From sequence record DRR723986_9652: 51,250 nt of DNA; one strand, given 5' to 3'. The notes under the pieces were generated by a model. It searched no databases and was not told the origin of the DNA. It saw nothing but the letters and a program-made list of their open reading frames with translations. This document shows, one piece after another, positions 17,595-26,759 of this stretch (its first letter is position 1; every line of letters begins with the position of its first letter). The position numbers and the translations under genes are program-made.

Positions 17595-19346
17595 TTAGAT
17601 GGGCAGGCTGTCTGTGGGCAGCGCGCTGGTCAATGCATCCAGTGGGCTTGCACCGGAGGAGATTGGCAAGCTTGAGGGATCCAGCAGGCTTGTCAATGAA
17701 TCCAGGGGCGTGCCTGTGGACGGGAAGCTTGGCAAGCCACCACCTGCACCGCCACCTGCTGCCAGGTCGGTCAGTACGCTAGGGTCCAGCAGTGACGTGA
17801 CCATGTCCAAGGGCGTGCCTGTTTCGGGGATGCCGGGCAAACCGCCACCCGCAGCGGCATCGGCCAATGGGCCCAAAACCGCGTCCAGGGGTGTACCTGT
17901 GGGGCCGTCGGATCCACCGCCGCCGGCGCCAGCCAGCGCATCGGTCAGAATGGCTGGATCAAGCATGGATGTCACTGAATCCAGAGGAGTACCTGTAGAG
18001 GGCAAGCTTGGCAAGCCGCCACCACCGCCACCAGCCAGTGCGTCAGTCAGAATGCTTGGATCGAGCAATGCAGTAACCTGATCCAATGGAGTGCCTGTTT
18101 CAGGGAAACTTGGCAAGCCGCCACCACCTGCGCCGCCCAAGGCGTCAGTGACTGGGCCAAGCACTGCATCCAACGGTGTACCTGTGGGGCCAGCTGCACC
18201 ACCTCCGTCACCGCCGGGCAGTGGCAAGCCACCGGACAGCGCTGCAACTAGAGGATCGGTCACAGGGGTCAGTGCGTCGAAAGCCTGGTTCAGGCCATCG
18301 GCCAAAGGCTGAGAGACCATGGGCAGTGCATCAGTTGCCGTGGTCAAGCCATCAAACAAGGGGGCCGCCGCGTCAAAACCTTGGGTCAGACCGTCGTTCA
18401 AAGGGGAAAGAACTGGATCCAGTTGACCAACTACTTGAGCTACGCCGTCCGCCAACTGTGGGGTCACCATGCTCAAGCCACCACCCAGTTGTTCTGCGAC
18501 CACGCGCAGGTTAACCGGCAAAGTATCAGCAGCGGCTGTCACCAAACCATCCTCATTGCCCGCCAATACATCGACCACGGGTGAAAGCGCTTCTTCAACA
18601 GCTTCAGTGATGGGCGTTACGTTTTGATCGAGCGAGTCGGTCACGGGGGCCAAGCCTGTCAGTGCATCGCTCAAGGTGTCGTTCACAGGGGTGAGGGCTG
18701 GCTCGAGTGCATCCGTGATGGGTGCTGTTTCTTCCAGAACTGGATCCAATGCTTCAGTCACAGGTGCCAACGCGCCTACTGGAGCATCAACGACTGTTGT
18801 GACAGGTGACAGCGCATCCAGGGTCTCTTCGAGTGCTGGGGAGGCCGGGCCAGCTGCATCGGTAACGGGCTCGAGTGCACCTGCGGCTGCTTCGCCGGAG
18901 CCACCACCGGAAGAACCACCGCCGGAGCCGCCGTCGCTGTCATCGCTTCCCAACACGAATGCAGCACCAGCTACAGCAGCCAGTGGGCCAGCCAAACCGC
19001 CCGCGGCCAAACCTGCGCCAAACAAGCCAAACATACCGCCTGCGCCTGTTACGGCTACGGTTTCGCCTTCAGTCAACAATTCGAATTCGCCTTCGGCCAC
19101 TTCAAACTCAGCGCCATTCTCACCTTCTTTCAGCGTGGCTACCGCGTTGGATTGCAGAATACCTTCTGTGGCTTTTTGACCTTCGGCGCCAGGAAATTCG
19201 ATGTAAGCAGATCCTTCTGCACTGGTGGTAACTGTGTCACCCGCAGAAATAATGTCACCTTCTTTCAGAAGGACTTGTTCACCGTCGGGACGGGTTACAG
19301 AAACCTCTCCCAACACGCTTTTGATAATTCCAGTGATGTTAGCCAC
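17595..19346 (-). CDS. Retention-module-like, acidic Gly/Pro/Leu repeat surface protein
   Basis: N-terminus GIIKSVLGEVSV..PDG....LKEGD.I.AGDTVTT resembles the LapA-type retention module; Gly/Ala hydrophobic stretch; PVTDAL repeats; six TGTPLD repeats. Confidence 0.75.
   Translation of the reverse strand: MANITGIIKSVLGEVSVTRPDGEQVLLKEGDIISAGDTVTTSAEGSAYIEFPGAEGQKATEGILQSNAVATLKEGENGAEFEVAEGEFELLTEGETVAVTGAGGMFGLFGAGLAAGGLAGPLAAVAGAAFVLGSDDSDGGSGGGSSGGGSGEAAAGALEPVTDAAGPASPALEETLDALSPVTTVVDAPVGALAPVTEALDPVLEETAPITDALEPALTPVNDTLSDALTGLAPVTDSLDQNVTPITEAVEEALSPVVDVLAGNEDGLVTAAADTLPVNLRVVAEQLGGGLSMVTPQLADGVAQVVGQLDPVLSPLNDGLTQGFDAAAPLFDGLTTATDALPMVSQPLADGLNQAFDALTPVTDPLVAALSGGLPLPGGDGGGAAGPTGTPLDAVLGPVTDALGGAGGGGLPSFPETGTPLDQVTALLDPSILTDALAGGGGGGLPSLPSTGTPLDSVTSMLDPAILTDALAGAGGGGSDGPTGTPLDAVLGPLADAAAGGGLPGIPETGTPLDMVTSLLDPSVLTDLAAGGGAGGGLPSFPSTGTPLDSLTSLLDPSSLPISSGASPLDALTSALPTDSLPI
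17640..18230 (-). repeat. Intragenic tandem repeats TGTPLD, (GPT-PET-PST)x2
   Basis: Repeated GGGLPS.P.TGTPLD.VT.LLDP units; cttggcaagcc recurs in the DNA; bounds approximate. Confidence 0.8.
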
Positions 19347-19473
19347 AGTGCATTCTCCGACAATGGTGTGTTCATTTAAAAGTTCGGCGAAAGTTCCGCC
19401 TTGTGAGAGTTTTACTGTCGGTAATCAGGAAATGGATGTGAATATTTCCTAATAATTAACAATGTTTAACATT

Positions 19474-19498
19474 ATTTGTAAGTGTTGTACTTACAAAT
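19474..19498. promoter_or_regulatory. Inverted repeat upstream of the repeat-protein gene
   Basis: ATTTGTAAGT-N5-ACTTACAAAT, perfect 10-bp arms. Confidence 0.55.
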
Positions 19499-19599
19499 CC
19501 TGATTTGCCGCCTGTAAAGCACTCTCGGGGAAACGCCGATCGAATCTAATTCTTTGTTATTCAGCCAATTAGTGTAACTCTTTCGGGGGGTAATTTACA

Positions 19600-20781
19600 T
19601 CACCAGGCCAGTTGTCGAATGGCCAGTTCTTTCATGATTTCTTCTGCGCCGCCACCAATGCACATCACTTTTACTTCGCGGTAAATACGCTCGGTGGAAC
19701 TTCCGCGCATGAAGCCCATGCCCCCGAGAATTTGTACGGCCTCATTGGCACAGTGCTGCAAGGTTTGAGTGGCTTGGTTTTTTAGCAAACAGATATCGGC
19801 CACTAGCGTTTCGTTGATATTACCCCGGTCGATTCGGTCTATGGTCTCGTCGAACCAGGCCTCAGTGGCCCGGACTTTCATTCGCATATCGGCCAGTTTG
19901 TGGGCAATCACCTGATGATCCATCAGGCGTTTGCCAAAGGTTTGACGATTTTGGGCCCAATCCAGAGCCTCATTCAAACACACCTTTGAGAAGCCCACGC
20001 AAGCACCGGCCAGCATCAAGCGTTCGGTGTTGAAGTTTTCCATGATGATGCGAAAACCTTTACCCTCTTTGCCGACCAGGTAGGCAGCAGGTACTTCCAC
20101 ATTGTCAAAGTAAATGCTGGCGGTGTCACTCATCCACCAGCCTGTCTTTTTCAGCGGGCTACGGGTCAGGCCCTTGGTGTTGCCTGGCACCATGAGCACG
20201 GAAATACCGCGTGCACCGGGCTCGCCAGTTCGTACAGCCACAGTGAGCCAATCGGCACGCACGCCGCTGGTGATGAATACCTTTTCGCCGTTGATTCGAT
20301 AGTAGGGAGTGCCGTCTCTATGAAACAGGTCAGCTTTGGTTTTCAGATTGGCCACGTCAGACCCGCCCGAGGGCTCGGTAATGGCCAGCGCGCTGATGGC
20401 TTCACCTTTCAATACAGCAGGAGCGATCAGTTGAACCAGCGCTTCACTGCCATGATTCAACAACGGAGGTAAACCGATGTTGTGGCTGAACAGGCCTGCC
20501 AACAGGCCTCCACTGCCTGCGGAACACACCAGGTTGGACAGCCTCAAGCGATCGGCCAGCGAGCATTCGAATCCTCCGACTTCTTCCGGGTAACCCAGGC
20601 CTAGCAAGCCAAGCTCGCCAGCCTGACGGTACAGCTCGCGGGGGAATTCCCCTGCCTCGTCCCAGTCATTGATGTGGGGCTTGATCTGCTCATTGACGAA
20701 TCGCTCCACCGAGCGGAAAAAGTCTTCCACGGATTGTGTCTCCTCCAGCCGGGCTGTGTGTTGTTTATAGAATCTGACCAA
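19600..20781 (-). CDS. Acyl-CoA dehydrogenase
   Basis: ALAITEPSGGSDVA; NGEKVFITSG; RQTFGK; QILGGMGF; IGGGAEEIM. Confidence 0.95.
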   Translation of the reverse strand: MVRFYKQHTARLEETQSVEDFFRSVERFVNEQIKPHINDWDEAGEFPRELYRQAGELGLLGLGYPEEVGGFECSLADRLRLSNLVCSAGSGGLLAGLFSHNIGLPPLLNHGSEALVQLIAPAVLKGEAISALAITEPSGGSDVANLKTKADLFHRDGTPYYRINGEKVFITSGVRADWLTVAVRTGEPGARGISVLMVPGNTKGLTRSPLKKTGWWMSDTASIYFDNVEVPAAYLVGKEGKGFRIIMENFNTERLMLAGACVGFSKVCLNEALDWAQNRQTFGKRLMDHQVIAHKLADMRMKVRATEAWFDETIDRIDRGNINETLVADICLLKNQATQTLQHCANEAVQILGGMGFMRGSSTERIYREVKVMCIGGGAEEIMKELAIRQLAW

Positions 20782-22753
20782 GCTGAACCATGGCTTGTTT
20801 CTGCTTCATTTGGTCACCCACCCTGATGTGCACCTGTTCCACCACTGCAGCGGATTTGGCAGTAATGCGATGTTCCATTTTCATGGCCTCCAGACACACC
20901 AACACGGTGCCAGCTTCTACCTGTTGACCCGGTTGAACCAGCACTTGTGTCACTTTGCCGTTCATCGGGCTGCTGACAAGGGGTTGAAACACACCTTCCG
21001 CCAAGGCAGAGGCACTCAGAAGAGTTTCATCATCCACATGCAATGCCTGTGGATTTAGCCATTGTTGAACCCATACTCCGCTTGAGCTAGGCGTCAGGGT
21101 GTATTGCGCGGATAGCCCTTGCACCATCGCCTTGATGGTGAAACTGCCTTTTGCCATGTCGTTACAATTCCAGTGCTCGATCACCACTGTTTCATCACCC
21201 AGTCCTTCGATCACGTAACCTTGCACGCTACGCCCAACCTTCAAATTCAAGGTGGTGCCCCGAGCCTTGATTTTCAGCGGCTGGGGCAGCGCACGTGTGC
21301 TTGAAAAGCCCGTCAAAGGTATCGGCCACGCGCAGTGCTTAAAGCGGGGTACATAAGCCAAAAAGACTGCAGCCACGGCACACTCCGGCAGGAAATGTTG
21401 AGGTTTGAGCAATTCATCAGCATGCTGGGCCAAAAAGCCCGTGCCGAAATCCCCCCCCTGAAAAACAGGGTGACTGGCAATTCGTTGCAAGTAGAGTGCA
21501 TTGTGCTCAAAGCCGATGAGCACGGTTCTTTTGAGTGAATCAGCCAGCTTTTCGCAGGCGGCAAGGCGGTGATCGCCATGCACAATGACCTTCGCCAAAA
21601 GGCTGTCGTACCAAGGACTTACCTCACCGCCTGTTTGCAGGGCGTGGTCGCAGCGGCTGTTCGCATCAGGACTCCAGGCCAACACTGGCCCGGTTTGCGG
21701 CATGAAGTCGCGCGCAGGGTCTTCAGCACACAGGCGGCCTTGAATGGCATGGCCGTTGAACACAATTTGTTCTTGTTGCAAGGTGAGGTGTTCGCCTGAC
21801 GCAATTCGCAATTGCCATTGCACCAGATCAACGCCGGTGATGGCTTCCGTAACGCCATGCTCCACTTGCAAGCGGGTGTTCATTTCAATGAAGTAAAAGT
21901 CACCGTTTGAATCCAGCAAAAATTCAACCGTGCCCGCACCCACATAGTGGGTGGCATGCACCAGTTTTAATGCGGCTTCACCCATGCGTGCACGCAGCTC
22001 CGCGTCCACCGCTGGGCTGGGTGCTTCTTCCACAATTTTCTGGTGGCGGCGTTGAACGGAGCAATCGCGCTCGCCCAAATGCACCGCGTGACCGTGGGTA
22101 TCGGCCAGCACCTGAATCTCAATGTGGCGCGGGTTGATGATGGCTTTTTCAAGCATGACCCGATCGTCGTTGAATGCATTCTTCGCCTCAAGTTGGGCCG
22201 AGTGAAGTTGCGATGCAAATTCGGATTCAGTCATCACCAAACGCATGCCACGCCCGCCACCGCCTGCCAGTGCCTTGATCATGACCGGGTAGCCAATCCG
22301 CTGCGCCGCAGCCATGAGGTCGGTTACGCTTGCGTTGGGCTCACTAAAGCCAGGAATACAAGGCAGGCCAGCCTGTTGGGCAATTTCTTTCGCACGGGCC
22401 TTGTCGGCCATGTCAGCAATCGCCTGTGGCGTGGGACCGACCAAGGTAATTCCCGCGTCCACGCAGGCTTGCGCAAAGGCAGGGCTTTCCGATACAAAAC
22501 CATAGCCGGGGTGAATGGCGTCTGCACCGGCTTTCAGGGCTGTTTCAATGAGTTTGTCAATGCGCAAGTACGATTCAAGCGAGGGTGCCGGCCCAATGCT
22601 ATAAGCTTCATCAGCCTCTTGAACATGCATGGCTTTTTCGTCGGCCTCGGAATAGACGGCGACTGTTGCAATACCCATGGGTTTGGCCGCACGCAGTATT
22701 CTGCGCGCGATTTCATTGCGATTGGCAATGAGCAGTTTTTTGATCCTAGGCAT
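20765..22753 (-). CDS. atuF: Geranyl-CoA carboxylase alpha subunit (biotin carboxylase + BCCP)
   Basis: LLIANRNEIA; GGGGRGMR; ERDCSVQRRHQK; EMNTRLQVEH; EAMKM biotin motif; start MPRIKK. Confidence 0.85.
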   Translation of the reverse strand: MPRIKKLLIANRNEIARRILRAAKPMGIATVAVYSEADEKAMHVQEADEAYSIGPAPSLESYLRIDKLIETALKAGADAIHPGYGFVSESPAFAQACVDAGITLVGPTPQAIADMADKARAKEIAQQAGLPCIPGFSEPNASVTDLMAAAQRIGYPVMIKALAGGGGRGMRLVMTESEFASQLHSAQLEAKNAFNDDRVMLEKAIINPRHIEIQVLADTHGHAVHLGERDCSVQRRHQKIVEEAPSPAVDAELRARMGEAALKLVHATHYVGAGTVEFLLDSNGDFYFIEMNTRLQVEHGVTEAITGVDLVQWQLRIASGEHLTLQQEQIVFNGHAIQGRLCAEDPARDFMPQTGPVLAWSPDANSRCDHALQTGGEVSPWYDSLLAKVIVHGDHRLAACEKLADSLKRTVLIGFEHNALYLQRIASHPVFQGGDFGTGFLAQHADELLKPQHFLPECAVAAVFLAYVPRFKHCAWPIPLTGFSSTRALPQPLKIKARGTTLNLKVGRSVQGYVIEGLGDETVVIEHWNCNDMAKGSFTIKAMVQGLSAQYTLTPSSSGVWVQQWLNPQALHVDDETLLSASALAEGVFQPLVSSPMNGKVTQVLVQPGQQVEAGTVLVCLEAMKMEHRITAKSAAVVEQVHIRVGDQMKQKQAMVQLGQIL

Positions 22754-23909
22754 TCTTTTTCTTGCCCGGCAAAATACCCATGAATTTGCAGATGATGCCC
22801 AGCATGACTTCGTCTGCACCGCCACCAATTGAGATCAGTCGGCCATCGCGATACAACTGCGACGCTGGGTTCTCCCAAGTAAAACCCATGCCGCCCCAGA
22901 ATTGCAAACACTTGTCAGCGACTTCGCGCACCAAGCGACCACTCTTCAGTTTGCACATGCTGGCCAGCTCGGTGACTTCGCCACCCGCCACGTATTCTTC
23001 AGTGGCCTGCCACACCAAGGCACGCAAGGCCTCAATTTCAGTTTTCAATTCAGCCAGTGTGAAATGCACCACTTGTTGATCGAGCACGGTGCTGCCGAAC
23101 AAGTTGCGCTGGCGGGTGTAGTTGATGGTTTCGTTCAGCACATGCATCATGCCTTCGATGCTGTTGGCGGCACCCCACAGGCGCTCCTCCTGAAACTGAA
23201 TCATTTGGTACATAAAGCCTGCGCCTTCCATACCAATCAAGTTGCGCTGGGGTACACGCACATTGTCAAAGTGAATAAGACCCGTGTCGGATGCCCACAT
23301 GCCGATTTTGTGAATCTTCTTCTCAATCGTAATGCCCGGTGTTTTCATGGGCACGATGATCAGTGATTTGTTCTGGTGGGGTTTGCCTTCGCTGGTGTTG
23401 GCCAACAGGCAAATCCAGTCGGCTTGCAAACTGTTGGTGATCCACATTTTGCTGCCGTTGATGATGTAATCACTGCCATCTTTGCGTGCGGTGGTTTTGA
23501 CACCGGCTACATCGGAGCCCGCACCGGGTTCTGAAACACCGATACAAGCCACCATGTCACCAGCAATGGCAGGTGCCAGGAATTCACGGCGCAGCTCGTC
23601 GCTGCCGAACCGCGCCAAAGCGGGTGTGGCCATGTCGGTCTGAACGCCGATTGCCATGGGCACACCGCCACAATGGATTTTGCCTAAAGCTTGCGCCGCC
23701 ACCACGGAATAGCTGTAGTCCAAACCCATGCCGCCAAACTCTTCTGGTTTGGTCAGTCCCAGCAAGCCAAGATTACCCATCTTTTTGAACAGCTCATGGG
23801 CGGGAAACATTTGTTCCTTTTCCCAGGTGGCCACGTGTGGGTTAATTTCATTCTCCACAAAGCGTTCGATGGTGCGTTGTAGTTCTTTGTGTTCCTGGCT
23901 TAGTCTCAC
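22746..23909 (-). CDS. atuD: Citronellyl-CoA dehydrogenase-like acyl-CoA dehydrogenase
   Basis: CGGVPMAIGVQTDMATPALARFGSDELRREFL; CLQFWGGMGF; SIGGGADEVML; GTG start with GGAG RBS inferred. Confidence 0.85.
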   Translation of the reverse strand: MRLSQEHKELQRTIERFVENEINPHVATWEKEQMFPAHELFKKMGNLGLLGLTKPEEFGGMGLDYSYSVVAAQALGKIHCGGVPMAIGVQTDMATPALARFGSDELRREFLAPAIAGDMVACIGVSEPGAGSDVAGVKTTARKDGSDYIINGSKMWITNSLQADWICLLANTSEGKPHQNKSLIIVPMKTPGITIEKKIHKIGMWASDTGLIHFDNVRVPQRNLIGMEGAGFMYQMIQFQEERLWGAANSIEGMMHVLNETINYTRQRNLFGSTVLDQQVVHFTLAELKTEIEALRALVWQATEEYVAGGEVTELASMCKLKSGRLVREVADKCLQFWGGMGFTWENPASQLYRDGRLISIGGGADEVMLGIICKFMGILPGKKKNA

Positions 23910-23932
23910 TCCGGTCTCCCCCGAATTCATAA

Positions 23933-23978
23933 ATCAAACGTTTGTTTGAATTATTGACCGTTTACCGAAACCTGTCAA
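23933..23978 (-). promoter_or_regulatory. Sigma70 promoter with PsrA-type operator 3
   Basis: Minus strand TTGACA-N17-AATAAT followed by TTCAAACAAACGTTTGAT (23933-23950). Confidence 0.75.
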
Positions 23979-24034
23979 ATCAACATGTAACAATCAGGAT
24001 AAAAAGCGGATTGCTGTGCTATCAAGTTACAAAA

Positions 24035-24766
24035 CTAAAGGGCACTACAGGGCAAGCGGTCAAGCTCGGAGGATAAATCAAGCCTGGAAATTAACTTTAA
24101 TCGTCCTGCCCGTGAAAAAAGAGTCTCTTTCGGAGAGGCAGAGAACCCGGAGGGCAACGCAAGCGATAGGAAATTGGGCGTCTCTGTTAATTCAATGACA
24201 TGCACTTGGCGACCCAACCCACCCTGCAATCGCATCGACACAGTTGTTGAATTCTCATGCAAGGCAATTGAATTGACTACAAGACTAGATGAAGGTTTCA
24301 GTGCGCGCTGGCAATTCTGAATAAAGTCAGAACTCAAGAGTGGTCCAACCAGTCCTTCTTGATCGAATCCATCAACAAAAATCCAATCAAAAGTGCGGTT
24401 ACAGGCTTTTATGTACTCATCTCCACAGCCACACACAACGGCCAGCCTCGGATGAGTCTTCGGAAAATAGAAATGGGACACCGCCGTGTCAATCACCTCC
24501 GGGCAAATTTCAACCACAGTGACATGCCAGCTTGGAAAGTTTCGAAGAATAAACCGGGGAACCACGCCGGCACCAAGGCCAATAAGCAATATATTGCGAG
24601 CGCCAGAGAAGCAATCATCCAGAAGCAAGGTGCTCAAGGCGGCCCTCAAATAAGGAACTGCCGGAACATGTGGCGCTTCGAGACAAATATGCCCTTGCAC
24701 CACCCCTGTGGAACGGGAGCACAAGTATCTAAGTCCCTCGTAATCGACAACTTCGAAAGCCCCCAT
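24035..24766 (-). CDS. Spermidine synthase-like class I SAM-dependent transferase
   Basis: ILLIGLGAG; TVVEICPEVI; FDWIFVDGFD; 23 nt downstream of the zorB-like stop. Confidence 0.8.
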   Translation of the reverse strand: MGAFEVVDYEGLRYLCSRSTGVVQGHICLEAPHVPAVPYLRAALSTLLLDDCFSGARNILLIGLGAGVVPRFILRNFPSWHVTVVEICPEVIDTAVSHFYFPKTHPRLAVVCGCGDEYIKACNRTFDWIFVDGFDQEGLVGPLLSSDFIQNCQRALKPSSSLVVNSIALHENSTTVSMRLQGGLGRQVHVIELTETPNFLSLALPSGFSASPKETLFSRAGRLKLISRLDLSSELDRLPCSAL

Positions 24767-24789
24767 TTAAACTCCCGAGTCAAACCGCA

Positions 24790-25551
24790 CTAAATTCTGC
24801 ATCGGTCTGCGGGATCGTCCTGAAATTTTCCCATATAGCTTGCAGCATCTTCGGGGCGCTCATCAACGCCGTAAAACACCAACTTCAACTCGACACGTCG
24901 GCTTTCATCTTTCGTGCCTTTCATATCATTGAAAGCAACACCGCCAGCGAGGAACAATCGCTTTACCTGCACCCGTTGAAAAGGTGTCAACGCCACATTG
25001 AACTCTGGTACGCCTCCCAACAAAAGGCACATCAGATATTCTGATCGTCGAAGACTCAGATTCAAGTTGTACAAATAAGAACCGTCGGTATCAGTAAATC
25101 CCTCAATGATGACTTGCTTTAACCAACGCTTTCCCATGGGCGTTTCGGCAGTATCCAGAATCAGGGGAACCAAATCAGCCAGCATTTCAGAGGTAAACTC
25201 GCTTGGGCGATACTGGTCGGTATCGTATCTCCCAGCCTCACCAAAATTGATGCGGTTCAGTCTGCAATCAACATTCAGTTCGGAACGCCCAGACTCCTTT
25301 GAGCGTTGCGCAAGGTATTCACACACATCTTCAGTCGCGGCAACCCGCTGATCTTCAAGTTCAACCCTTTCATCAACTTCAGAGCTCTTTTCAAGAATAT
25401 CCTCGGTCTTTTTGACAATCGCGCTTAAAGCAACAACCATCACAACCAGGAAAAGAATCATTAAAGCAGTCATCAAATCGGCGTAAGAAATCCAGAAAGG
25501 CCTCTCACCCTCCTCACGCAAACTGTCAGTGTCGGTTCCGCTTAATCTCAT
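24790..25551 (-). CDS. zorB: ZorB-like MotB/OmpA-family protein
   Basis: PFWISYADLMTALM transmembrane helix with conserved Asp; IEGFTDTDGSYLYNLNLSLRRS; SRRVELKL. Confidence 0.75.
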   Translation of the reverse strand: MRLSGTDTDSLREEGERPFWISYADLMTALMILFLVVMVVALSAIVKKTEDILEKSSEVDERVELEDQRVAATEDVCEYLAQRSKESGRSELNVDCRLNRINFGEAGRYDTDQYRPSEFTSEMLADLVPLILDTAETPMGKRWLKQVIIEGFTDTDGSYLYNLNLSLRRSEYLMCLLLGGVPEFNVALTPFQRVQVKRLFLAGGVAFNDMKGTKDESRRVELKLVFYGVDERPEDAASYMGKFQDDPADRCRI

Positions 25552-26576
25552 GACTGCTCCTGACGACTGACCGCAACATGATTCGCAGACCCAGATCCAT
25601 TGCTCGCTCGCACAATTTTGCTCGCAATGTCGGCATTACTCACCTTTGTAGAATTAATCCTGCTTTCAATTTTCCGGGTCATTTCCTCCACTGGCTCCCT
25701 GAGGTGTCGGATCAAGGTTTGCTCAAGATGCGCATTGGACTTTCTGGTAACGTCAGTCATGGCCTCAAACATCGCTGTACGAATCAACTCTGCAAATCTT
25801 TCTTGCGACAGCTTGGACTCATTGGCAACCAAAGCAAGAGACTCCGTAATCGCATTCCTGAATCCGTCCGCTTGATTCTCAAAACCTCTTGTCTGGTGGG
25901 CGATTGCTGCCAGGTACTCTTGCTCAACTCCGCTGTCAAACAATGAATCAACCACTGAGTTAAGTTCGTCCAGCGCACTTACGCATTTGCGATACTGGAG
26001 CTTTTCCATGTGCGTAATGACCATGGCCACTGTGATCGCAAGTGCAGATGCATAAAATGCGTCCCGCACCCCGGATAAAAGCAAATTCACACTTTGCGCC
26101 ATTGTGTCTGGCGAACTGGAATCAAAGTTGCTCAAACCAAACAACAAACCAGAGAAGGTTCCAATAATCCCCACCCCAGTCAAGATACCGGGAAGGTGTT
26201 TGAAGTAATGAGCCCTCAACGGTCCCTCAATCACTGCTGAAATACTGAAGTAAGCTCGGGCCGGCACCGTCAAACGCGCCCGCTTTTCAATTTTCCCACC
26301 CGAATCGAGATGCTGGACGTGCAGTGTTTTGGAGAACTCCGCCCATAACCTGTCCAGTCCCGACTCCCGAAACACACGACTTGCTCCAATCTTGCGAAGA
26401 TCTGCGTCACCCTCCTTCATGGACGCCAGCGTGCCTGATATTCGTCTCAATGTTCTATCCAGGCCTTGAGACGGTTTGAAGTAGTCAATGTAAAAAGTGT
26501 AAGAAAAGTAGAGCAGGAAAATGACAACCAATGCTGGCGGAACCAGTTGAAGAAAGTTGGTGTAAGTTGTTTCCAC
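25548..26576 (-). CDS. zorA: ZorA-like MotA/ExbB-family membrane protein with short tail
   Basis: GTG start with AGGGG RBS; TM1, then LWAEFSKTLH...YFS...FKHLPGILTGVGIIGTFSGL...AFYASALAITVAMVIT..EK; helical tail; ATGA overlap with the zorB-like gene. Confidence 0.72.
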   Translation of the reverse strand: METTYTNFLQLVPPALVVIFLLYFSYTFYIDYFKPSQGLDRTLRRISGTLASMKEGDADLRKIGASRVFRESGLDRLWAEFSKTLHVQHLDSGGKIEKRARLTVPARAYFSISAVIEGPLRAHYFKHLPGILTGVGIIGTFSGLLFGLSNFDSSSPDTMAQSVNLLLSGVRDAFYASALAITVAMVITHMEKLQYRKCVSALDELNSVVDSLFDSGVEQEYLAAIAHQTRGFENQADGFRNAITESLALVANESKLSQERFAELIRTAMFEAMTDVTRKSNAHLEQTLIRHLREPVEEMTRKIESRINSTKVSNADIASKIVRASNGSGSANHVAVSRQEQS

Positions 26577-26625
26577 TGGTGTACCCCTAATCCTATTGAA
26601 GAAAAATTTGATCACTTCCAGTGCT

Positions 26626-26654
26626 TGAGTACAGCCCGAGAGTCTCATAGTTCC
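26626..26654 (-). promoter_or_regulatory. Degenerate hrp-box-like promoter for the zorAB-like operon
   Basis: GGAACT-N16-GTACTCA, 49 nt upstream of the GTG. Confidence 0.55.
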
Positions 26655-26686
26655 AGAATCTTGTGGGTACAGCAGAAAAACCTGGA

Positions 26687-26715
26687 GGAACCAAAGTAAA
26701 TCCGGACTACACATA
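26687..26715 (+). promoter_or_regulatory. hrp-box-like promoter for the methyltransferase
   Basis: GGAACC-N16-ACACATA, 44 nt upstream of the ATG; same -35 and -10 as the sctV box. Confidence 0.75.
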
Positions 26716-26759
26716 CCTCCTGTTAGTGAATCATTCTTAACCAAAACAGGACTAGTCAA

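Noticed and set aside
17640-18830. CRISPR array or DNA repeat element
   Set aside because: Repeats are degenerate, in frame and protein-coding; there is no repeat-spacer structure and no cas genes.
19370-19400. GGAACT upstream of the repeat-protein gene as an hrp or sigmaE promoter
   Set aside because: No matching -10 element at the proper spacing.
24790-26576. Flagellar MotAB or a complete Zorya defence system
   Set aside because: Topology and motifs fit ZorAB better than MotAB and no flagellar genes are present; no Zorya effector genes are adjacent, so it is not called a complete system.
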